Shown piece after piece: positions 15,101 through 24,015 of a stretch of 64,000 nucleotides of DNA. Each line of letters starts with the position of its first letter. Position 1 is the first letter of the stretch. The position numbers and the translations under genes were made by a program. The stretch lies in assembly GCA_965112155.1 (NCBI GenBank), contig OZ218101.1; one strand, 5' to 3'. Origin of the DNA: Podarcis liolepis. Lineage: Eukaryota. The notes beneath the pieces are model-generated. The model did no database searches, had not been told where the DNA came from, and saw only the letters and a list, made by a program, of their open reading frames with translations.

Positions 15101-15360
15101 CTATTCCGCTCCTTGGCAGTAAACCCGATTGAACTCAGTTGGCCTTACTTCTAAGTAGACATGCATCAGATTTAAGGGAGCAACTGATAAACAAAGGGGC
15201 TTAAATTCAGGGCAAATCAAGCGCGCCTGATTTCTACTGAAATCAATGGGGTTTAGGCACCAGCTTAAGGCTCTAAAATTCTATATTCAATTACTTGAGA
15301 GTATGTCCCATTGAACTCAGTGGGACTTAATTACGAGTAGACGTATATAGGCTTGAGCAG
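15091..15360. repeat. Copies of a short (~85 bp) imperfect-palindromic interspersed repeat
   Basis: Consensus-like ggttgcaatccta...gagtaagccccattgaactcagtgggacttacttctgagtagacatgcataggattg. Similar copies at ~8125, ~10285, ~13580-13720, ~30325, ~32335, ~41580, ~42040 and ~58665. Confidence 0.6.
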
Positions 15361-16609
15361 CAAATATTTTTTAAACACCCATCAGTCTAGTTTTACGCTT
15401 ATTAATTGATTTTAATGGATATTTCTGAGCAACATCTTTAGGATGCAGGCTTAAATCCCATTGATTTCGAATTAACTAAAGCGCGCTTAACTTTCCCTAG
15501 ACAGCACCCAATTAATTTTAACATTAAGATGCTCATAGATGCTTTTGGAAGCCGTTCAAGGGAGAGGGGAAGGTGGAGCTGCTCCAGGGCTCCCCTCCCA
15601 GTTCCGAACTGTGTTGCTTCTTGGAACAAGAGAGCAGGCGGCAAACCAGAAGGTTTGGCCGGCTATGCGCAACCAACAGCCCTGCTTGGAGGAACTGGAG
15701 GGGATAGTGGCTCATAACTAGAGCTACCCTAAACCTGGACTGTCCAAATGGGACAGAAAAGCTGCCTGCCCGCTTGACCGCGATTTCTCCCGCTCCTCCT
15801 CTGTCGCGTTCCCATTACAATCCACCCAGACTGCAAATACAGTCCACACGGGGGTGAGGTGGGGTGCAGAAACCTGCCCACTTCAGACCATTAAGAGTTG
15901 CCATTTACTTTGCCACAATGTTGCTGCTAATGACAGCGCAGGCGGCTGGGCACCTTTGCGACACGTGCGGTACACAAAGACGGCAACAAGGCGACTAACT
16001 CATTGCTCGCCAGGGCTGCGCGTCTTCGGAAACTCAATCCGGAAAACTGTCAAGCCCGCCAGCGACTGGTCGCTTCCTTCAGCTGCTACCAATCTAAAGA
16101 GCCAGGTAAAAAACGCGCCTCCATTTGCATCCAATCGATTGAGACCCGTCAGCTCTCCTTTTGTGCTATTTAATTGGGGAGGAAGAAGAAAGAGGAGGAG
16201 GCTGCTGCTCCTGGTACATATTTCCCCTCTATCGTACAACCGGTGACTTTCTAACACTAGGCTAGCCCGGTTGACAAGCGGAGAACTTCCCAGCTGTTTC
16301 CAACGTCTATCAGGCAGCGCCAGTTGAAGCCAAGTTTTCGCATGTGATGTCTCCGCTTCCTTTTCCCCGGAGCGAAGCGCCTCTCCAGTTCGCCGGGAGA
16401 AGGGTGCCGGGTTCCTGGCACCTGCGGTCCCCTTTGCGCCACGAGCAGGCTCCGGAGGACGCCTGGCGAGAAGAGTGGCAAGCAGTCCTTTCCCCAACAG
16501 CCGTAGCCGCCTTCCGCCTCCTCGCCTGCCCAATGGGTCGCTGGCCTGGCTGGTCCCTTTCTGCCACCAGCCCCCTACCTTGAGTTTGTGCGTTTCTCTG
16601 TCTCCCCGA

Positions 16610-16760
16610 GAGGGATTAATTAACCAGGCTGGAGCTGGAAGAGGCTGCCGTGACGAGCCCAGTGGCGATTGGCCGCCCGCCTGCCTGGCCCTGCCTTTAT
16701 AATTTCCACGCGAGTGCATCTGGGCTCTTATACAAACCAACAGCCAGCTTCTCCTGACAT
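16610..16760. promoter_or_regulatory. Probable MAB21L1 core promoter, possibly bidirectional
   Basis: GGATTAATTAA homeodomain site ~16613-16623; TGACG 16651-16655; ATTGG (CCAAT) 16668-16672; minus-strand TATAAAG 16695-16701; plus-strand TATACAAA 16729-16736; all within a CpG island ~600 bp upstream of the ATG. The TSS (~16755-16765) is inferred, not observed. Confidence 0.6.
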
Positions 16761-16917
16761 ATACACACACTCAGAGACAGGGAGACACACAGAGAGAGAG
16801 AGGGGGGGAGAGAGAGAAAGAGAAACACCCAGAAATCCGCCCCCCCCATCTGACTACCAACATTGCGCGCAGACACACACACACTCACACCCCGTGGTGA
16901 CTCCAGGAGAAAAATAA

Positions 16918-16998
16918 ATGCCTGCTCCGATGTGTTATTATTTTGACTGGTGGGAGCCTGGCTGCAACTGGGCGCAAACTTTGCTTCCCTTTTTTTAA
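16918..16998 (+). other. uORF in putative MAB21L1 5' leader (MPAPMCYYFDWWEPGCNWAQTLLPFF*)
   Basis: ATG 16918 to TAA 16998, read directly; weak context (taaATGc). Only a uORF if the TSS is upstream. Confidence 0.45.
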
Positions 16999-17011
16999 CT
17001 GCAGCTCTTCC

Positions 17012-17032
17012 ATGCTTTCCTCTGCTCCCTGA
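17012..17032 (+). other. Short uORF (MLSSAP*) in frame with the MAB21L1 CDS
   Basis: ATG 17012, TGA 17030-17032; 351 nt (117 codons) upstream of the main ATG. Confidence 0.45.
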
Positions 17033-17362
17033 AGGATCCTTTCCAACAAAAAACCCAGGGGTTTGTGTGCCTGTGCGTGTTTGGGAAAGACTCCGAGATC
17101 TATCCGGGGCAGAAGTGTCCACCTCCAGCCTGCAAGGAGAGAGAAAGACAGCCTGCGAGCGAGCCTCGGAGCTGAGGAGGAGCCGAGCAGCAGAAAGAGC
17201 AGCGGCGGCGGCGAGAGCAGCGCCTTTGGGCGGCCTGGGGCTCCGCTTCCCCGCGCCGGGCGTCCGGATTCCCGTCTGAAGTTGGCTCCCGCCTTAGCAG
17301 CCGCATTGGATCCCAGCGCGTACTGCGAGACTCCGGTCTACAACCCGGATCTCTGTCCCAAC

Positions 17363-18442
17363 ATGATCGCGGCGCAGGCCAAGCTGGTGTACCACCTCAA
17401 CAAATACTACAACGAGAAGTGCCAGGCGCGCAAGGCGGCCATCGCCAAGACCATCCGCGAGGTGTGCAAGGTGGTGTCGGACGTGCTGAAGGAGGTGGAG
17501 GTGCAGGAGCCGCGCTTCATCAGCTCCCTCAACGAGATGGACAACCGCTACGAGGGCCTGGAGGTCATCTCGCCCACCGAGTTCGAGGTGGTGCTCTACC
17601 TCAACCAGATGGGCGTCTTCAACTTCGTCGACGACGGCTCGCTGCCCGGCTGCGCCGTGCTCAAGCTGAGCGACGGGCGCAAGCGGAGCATGTCGCTCTG
17701 GGTGGAGTTCATCACGGCCTCGGGCTACCTGTCGGCGCGCAAGATCCGCTCGCGCTTCCAGACGCTGGTGGCGCAGGCCGTGGACAAGTGCAGCTACCGC
17801 GACGTGGTGAAGATGGTGGCGGACACCAGCGAGGTCAAGCTGCGCATCCGCGACCGCTACGTGGTGCAGATCACGCCCGCCTTCAAATGCACGGGCATCT
17901 GGCCGCGCAGCGCGGCGCACTGGCCGCTGCCGCACATCCCCTGGCCGGGGCCCAACCGCGTGGCCGAGGTGAAGGCCGAGGGCTTCAACCTGCTCTCCAA
18001 GGAGTGCCACTCGCTGGCCGGCAAGCAGAGCTCGGCCGAGAGCGACGCCTGGGTGCTGCAGTTCGCCGAGGCCGAGAACCGGCTGCAGATGGGCGGCTGC
18101 CGCAAGAAGTGCCTCTCCATCCTCAAGACGCTGAGGGATCGCCACCTGGAGCTGCCCGGCCAGCCGCTCAACAACTACCACATGAAGACTCTGGTGTCCT
18201 ACGAGTGCGAGAAGCATCCCCGCGAGTCGGACTGGGACGAGTCGTGCCTGGGCGACCGGCTCAACGGCATCTTGCTGCAGCTTATCTCGTGCCTGCAGTG
18301 CAGGCGCTGCCCGCACTACTTCTTGCCCAACTTAGACCTCTTCCAGGGCAAGCCGCACTCGGCTCTCGAAAACGCGGCCAAACAAACGTGGCGGCTGGCC
18401 AGGGAGATCCTCACCAACCCCAAAAGTTTGGAGAAACTTTAG
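17363..18442 (+). CDS. MAB21L1: Mab-21-like protein 1 (cGAS/Mab-21 nucleotidyltransferase-fold developmental regulator), single coding exon, 359 aa
   Basis: ATG at 17363 (ccaacATGa) to TAG at 18442 = 360 codons. Protein MIAAQAKLVYHLNKYYNEKCQARK...LAREILTNPKSLEKL matches the vertebrate MAB21L1 sequence as I recall it, with L1-type residues YHLNKYYNEK and NEMDNRYEG. Nesting in NBEA (rather than LRBA) also indicates L1. Confidence 0.98.
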   Translation: MIAAQAKLVYHLNKYYNEKCQARKAAIAKTIREVCKVVSDVLKEVEVQEPRFISSLNEMDNRYEGLEVISPTEFEVVLYLNQMGVFNFVDDGSLPGCAVLKLSDGRKRSMSLWVEFITASGYLSARKIRSRFQTLVAQAVDKCSYRDVVKMVADTSEVKLRIRDRYVVQITPAFKCTGIWPRSAAHWPLPHIPWPGPNRVAEVKAEGFNLLSKECHSLAGKQSSAESDAWVLQFAEAENRLQMGGCRKKCLSILKTLRDRHLELPGQPLNNYHMKTLVSYECEKHPRESDWDESCLGDRLNGILLQLISCLQCRRCPHYFLPNLDLFQGKPHSALENAAKQTWRLAREILTNPKSLEKL

Positions 18443-19360
18443 AGGGCCAGCCAGCGGCGGCCTGACACTATTCTTCTCTCTCCCGCGAAAACAAAAGAAA
18501 AAACTGCCTTTCTCTTCGGAGGATTCTGCTGGGTTTTACGGGGCAAACGTCGCCCTGCGTTCGTGGAAGAGGCTGCCCGCCTGCGCGCACACGCACACCA
18601 AGCCAACTGCAAGTATTATGACTCTTGCCGGTATCCCGGTTTTAAAAGCCTGCCCGGAAAACAAAACGAAACGAAACCGTGTATGATTATCACCAGGGGA
18701 AATGCAATATTGGCTGCCGTTTTTAGCCTGATTGTGACCACTCCGCCTAGAAACCAGACCAATGGATTATAACGAGGCCGGGATTTTTGTGCGAGTAAGA
18801 GAGAATCTGAAGATGCCACCCAAATAACCACAACCGTTAGATAGGAAAAGAAACAAAACAAACCACAACTGTCCCAACTCTTCCCCTGTACATTTTTTTA
18901 AAAAAATTGTATGGAATATTGTGATCTCACATTGTCTTTGAAATTGTGGGTGTTAGTGTTTTGTGATTTGGTGAAAAGAAGTTAAATTGCCATTTTGGAT
19001 ACTTCAGGACATTTTCTGCTCAAGAAGATACCGCTTAAAAAAAAGGTAGATTTTATCATGGTACTTTTGTTACTTGTCTTTTGAAGTGTCTAAGCTAAAA
19101 AGAAGTTTACATTTTTTTGTTTCAAATATATTGCTTGTTCTATTTCTACCATTCCATAAATATACTTGAAATGTTATTTAAATATATTCAGAAGAAATTT
19201 GGATTTTGCTTATATAATTGTGAATATTGGAATTATATATTGGAAAAATGCACTTGAAATACACTGGATAATTACTTTTTGTGATTTAAATTTCTGTTGC
19301 TGATTTTATTTAATTACAAGCTAATAAATAAAAGTAAAATAAATATGCTTAAGAGTTTCA
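18443..19360 (+). other. MAB21L1: MAB21L1 3' UTR with AU-rich distal half
   Basis: Follows the stop codon; U-rich and free of recognisable TEs; ends in clustered poly(A) signals. Confidence 0.7.
19323..19343 (+). terminator. Polyadenylation signal cluster for MAB21L1
   Basis: AATAAA at 19323-19328, 19327-19332 and 19338-19343, after a long U-rich stretch. Confidence 0.75.
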
Positions 19361-19699
19361 GTGCTGGATTCCATGAAAGCCCTCAGTCTGCTACATTCTC
19401 TCTTTTTGGGGGGCGGGGAGGGGCGGTGTAAAGCGGGTCTGAAGCCCTTGACGGCCTGTTAAAAGTAGCATAATTTAAAACGAAGATAAAAATCGGTGTA
19501 GCCTACCCTAAAAAAATGGGGTCCTGAAGGCCATCGACATCGGTCACACTCCGGTGTGTGGCAATTAAGCGAGTAACATTTTTACAACCGTCAGGAAATA
19601 AATCTACTACTCAAAAGATTTAGTGGGCCAGGCTAACGTGGCTGTCCGGTTTTGAACCAAGCTGAAGGCACGCATTACCCAAGCGAGCCTAGTTTGTAA

Positions 19700-21300
19700 C
19701 AAAATTAACAGCACTTGGAGAGAAGGGAGGGGGAAGCTGCAACGTTCAGAGATTTGCGGGGGTCAAGCCAACAGTCGGCAGGTAAAGAATGTTGCTACCT
19801 TTGCCCTAAACATCACCAGCCTGGCCATAAAGCCGCCGCCAGTTGTGTTTGGAAAAAGCGAGCGCCGGCCTCTCCGGAGGCCCCGCCGGAGCAAAGGAGC
19901 CGCCTCCGCCAGAAGCCCCGTCCTGCCCTTGCAGAGAGCGCAGCAGGCAGTTCCTTCCGGATGCAAACCGCGATTCAGCCAAAGGGCAAATATCCCGGCA
20001 AGCATTGAGGGGGTGCAACAATGTGCTCAAGATCTGCCCAGGTGATGCTGTTTCAAACTTCAGCTGCGCTCTGCCCGCGCTTGGATGCGCTGCAGCAAAA
20101 CCGTTAGACTCGCCATGTTACCCAACTCCATGTTTTGTTTTGTTTTGTTTTGCTTTGCTTGCGTGTGTGTTTTAAAATCCGGAAGACACTTTTAATTCTT
20201 CCTGTCAAGGTTGGCAGGCGGGCAACAGACGGATGGCCTCGACATTGAGGCCACAATAGTGTGTATTTACACAAGGCTACGAAAGTGAAATTAAAGTAAC
20301 AATATCACTATAGATCTGGAGAGAAGGAAAACGACATGGACGTGAACTTTTGAATTCTGTAACAAGGCAAATCTCCGCTCTATCTCCTTGCTCCAGGGGT
20401 CTTCGGGAGAGATTCTGTCTTTGCGCACCCCAAGCTTGCTAGTTCCTACAGGCCCAGGCTGTGCAATAGCTGCTCCGCGCGCCCCTGCACCGCGCACCCG
20501 CGCAGAAGCGGAAGCTCCAGTCCCTGGGGACTGCATCGAAGGCAGACGGAGAGGGAGCGCGTCTCCTTGTCTGCCGCGGGTGCCCGAGGAAAGAGGCTGG
20601 AGTGCGGGCCCGCCATTACCTCGAGGGATTTCCGAGCAATTGGCTTAACTGCTAAATCTGCCCACGTTCATACAAAGGCCTTCGGGGGGAAGTGCGGGGG
20701 GGGAAGAGATTTGTTAAAAAGCGAGCGCGGGAGTAAGAGCAGATTTTACATCATTAACGCGCCGCGCTCTTAAATAAAACAGCCACGGAGTCAGACGGAG
20801 GGGGGCAAAGAGAGGGGCGCTTCCAGGCACTTGGGAGCATTCCTCAATTCATGGTTATGGGAAACCTCCCCCTCCTCTTCCCACCCCCCCCCTTGGATCC
20901 TGTACTCACTTTAGGGTCGATCTTCTTGAAGGCCGGGTCCTCCTCGTCTACCTCGAAGTAGATCTCGGTGGTGGTGATGGAGAGGGTGCCCTTGGCCACC
21001 ACCACCGGCGCGATGAGCTGGGCCGGCGTGCTGAGGACCACGGGGCCTGCAAGACAAGACGGAGCGGCGTGAGGAGGCTGCGAAAGAGAGGCTGCGAAAG
21101 AGAGGCCGCTTTGCCCGACGACGGCAGAGCGGAGCGAGGAAGCCGTCCGACTCAGGCGAGGGATGCCTACGGAGCGCTGCTGGGACACCTAGGAAGAGGC
21201 TTCGGGAAGCGGGGCGCTGTGTATGCCTGAACCTCAAAGGATGATCGACGGACCATCGGAACAGCAGGCCACTTTATATAGGTCTTTCAAACAAAACAAC
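19700..21300. promoter_or_regulatory. CpG island covering the NBEA PH-domain exon
   Basis: CpG-rich sequence surrounding exon 20910-21046. Confidence 0.75.
20910..21046 (-). CDS. NBEA: Neurobeachin coding exon, start of the BEACH-associated PH domain: (G)[45 protein letters not shown]
   Basis: Acceptor tcttgtcttgcag|G and donor AAA|gtgagt; 137 nt, phase 1-0. The next exon (VLAYTEGLHGKW...) was not found in 1-20909, so that intron runs out of the window and contains MAB21L1. Confidence 0.96.
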
Positions 21301-22649
21301 ACCCAAGAACTAGGGTGTGTGTAGGTCTCGCCACCTAAAGACAGGAAGATTTGAGAATACTAGCGGGGTGCGGGTGGGGAGATCACAGCCCGCTGATGAA
21401 AATAGCCCCTCTCTTCCTAATCTCGAAGCCCGATCACATAAAGGTCGAGTGCAGGTCCCACTCAATTCAGTAAATTTACCGGTTTGCACGTGTGTATGAA
21501 GAGCAGCCTAAGACGGGCAGCGAGTACTGTATTTAGAAAAGCAGTGTCACGGAATAAAAATCAGAGGGGTTTCCAATAGAATATATTTAGATTTACGCTT
21601 CCTGTATCTAGTCATAAAATTACAATACAAATTATGCACCACACATATCGAATATGTTTTACTTCTTTTTTATTATTCTGGACGTTAGGCAATGCAGTGT
21701 TTTCTACATCATAAAACTATCTGCGAGACATCAGATGCCAGACTAGGGCTCTCTCTGTGCAGAAAATGTGTATGTGTGTGTAAAACAAAGTGCAGCCTTT
21801 ATTGTGAAACAAACAATTGTTATAAAGAAAACAATTTGTCTCCGCAGAGACGCCAGAAACAATCTCTCTCCCTCTTTAATTTATTGAAATGTTAATGCTG
21901 AGAGCATAATTACTCCAAAACAAAAAGATTCAGAGTTATTCTAACTTGCTTACACGCAAGTATATTCTACAGAATTCATCGGGGTTTACTCCCAAGTAAA
22001 TGTGCACAGAATCGTAGCTCAAACCTGCAAGAAAACCCCGAAATTATTTGGGCATTTCTAGTACTGTGCAACGCAATCCTCTGCAGGTTTCCTCGGGAGG
22101 CAAATCCGGCTGTATTAGGCGGGTCAGGCTGCCTAGTTAGAGTCCTGGCGACGGCAACCTTAAAGCCAAGCGCCGTGGGGCTCCTCAGAGCAGGAGGACC
22201 AGTAATAGGAACCAGGCATCTTATGGCCTGACAAGCGTATGCCATAATAAATGTGTTAACATTTAAGGTGCCATAAGGCTGTTTGCGGACCGTTATTACA
22301 TTGACTCTAAGGAGACTTCCCATCCGGATCCTAAACTAACTTATTGGAAATTCCATCTCGAGATCTATGCAGATCGCATAAAAATAAATGCATGGGATAA
22401 TGGGATATTGAGCCAAGACAGTCCTACGGATAAATAAACCGAAACATCTATTCGAATAACACGAAATGCAATACACTGATGCCACATTTTAGAAACTGGG
22501 AAGTAATAAGGCATAGTATTATCTGGCTGCTGGTACTGTTGTTTTTTCTTTTAGGTGCTGAGACTGTTAATTCCGTGTGTGTGTGTGTGTGTGAAATGAT
22601 GTGCTCGGTCGGATTTGGTTTCTGGTGTCTCTCCAACAGCCTTTCCCCG

Positions 22650-24000
22650 GCTTCTTTTCTGTGGGGAAGGCAGCTGAGGTAGGGGCTGACTGGCTGGCGC
22701 TCGGTCCGACCACCATTTGCGCTGCCAAGCTCTGCCCTTCTCCAGAGCCCCGTCTCCTGCCTCTACGGATCCCGCTGGAAGTTCCCCATCCTACCCGCCA
22801 CTTAGCCCGAGCTCAGCCCGTCTCTCGGCCTGACGGAGAGCGTGGCAGGCCTCATTTCAGCGCTAACTTCCCTCCCTTCCAAGCATCGCCTCCTTCCCTC
22901 CTCTCCACCCAGCCCTAGGCAACGCTCGGCTTCCCGCCTCTGACAGCTCTCAAGCCAGCCCACCAGGGGCTGGATAATATGGAGACAAACTCTATTTTCG
23001 TTCATTTTCTTGTTTTCCCCGCGCCTAATAGGCCAGCCTGGCCTCTTCACCCCGGTCAGCTGATGCGGACCATACGCGCGGGGCTTGGGCATCGCCCTTG
23101 CTCCGTCCTCCCTGCCGCCTCCCCCTCCGGCCGGACAGCGCCAGTGGCGCTCGGCGAGCGAGGAAGCAAGCAGGCCGGCAAGCGGGCCGCCCTCCTGGCC
23201 GGCGGGGCTCCTGCTTAGGGCAGCGGATCGATCCGAAACGGCGCTTTAAAGGCTCATCAATCTTAATCTCGGTCGCTCGAGTAATTACGCGCGATTCTCT
23301 CGTGCGATTACAAGTGGATTTGGGTTTCGATTCCCCAGGCCCCTCGCCTTTGTGCGTAATGGCAGGCCGAGCTCTCCAGGCAGCAGCAGCAGCAGCTCCT
23401 GGGCCCTGCTGCTGCTGCTTCTCTCCTCCCCTCTGCGATCGCCACCCCGGCCCCTCTCCTCTCCCCGCCCCCGTCTGCCTTTAACCCTTCCGAGCGCCGG
23501 GGCTTTACAGGCCTCGGCGAGAAAATAAAAAAAGTCCCTTAAAGATGATGCAGTTGGGGAGCCGCGTGATAGTCGATCATGATAAGAAGGCGTTTAGTGG
23601 GCCTTGCGCGCTCCCAGAAGGAAGATCAGGTAGTTAACCCAATTACCTCCCGGCTCCCCGCTTGTTATATGGGCAAAATAAAAAGGAAGTGGCTGGTAGT
23701 TCGCGGTCAGGAGGCCAGAGACTATAGCAAGAAATCTTTTTCTTCAGAGAGAGAGAGAGAGAGAATGCCTAAATCTTTTGTGTGCGGGGCGTGGGTGCAC
23801 AAGGGAGAATGACAGTGGCGAGCCGGGTTTAATTTTCAGAATGGCTGCTGGAAATAAGTGCATCGCGGAGATTTCAGAGCAAAAGGCCTGCGAGGAACCC
23901 CTCACACTTCCAAGCGCTCTGAACAAACGACCTTGTGAATCCTATACGAGCCTGAACTAGGCAAAAACAGCTACCACTCAAACCAGCGGCGTTTCGAAGG
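22650..24000. promoter_or_regulatory. Intronic CpG island with homeodomain-motif-rich blocks (candidate enhancer)
   Basis: High CpG content; embedded ATCAATCTTAATCT, GTAATTAC and CAATTAC motifs at ~23255-23320 and ~23630-23650. Confidence 0.65.
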
Positions 24001-24015
24001 ATCACAAGATGTTTC

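Larger units (their letters stand above)
15750..18800. promoter_or_regulatory. CpG island spanning the MAB21L1 promoter and gene body
   Basis: Very high CpG/GC content throughout. Confidence 0.85.

Noticed and set aside
14149-16917. Multiple 100-256 aa ORFs upstream of MAB21L1
   Set aside because: Overlapping ORFs on both strands in CpG islands, Arg/Pro/Gly-rich, with no recognisable domains.
17063-17362. ORF-track start giving a 459-aa MAB21L1
   Set aside because: TTG 17063 is merely the first alternative start after a stop; the canonical 359-aa protein starts at 17363. Only the proximal ~19-29 codons look protein-like (see findings).
17294-18316. 340-aa antisense ORF over MAB21L1
   Set aside because: Shadow of extreme GC3: antisense stops require TTA/CTA/TCA sense codons, which are nearly absent. 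No independent coding signal.
17419-18465. 348-aa alternative-frame plus-strand ORF
   Set aside because: Begins at GTG and is a low-complexity G/R/A/P product; stop-free because third positions are rarely T.
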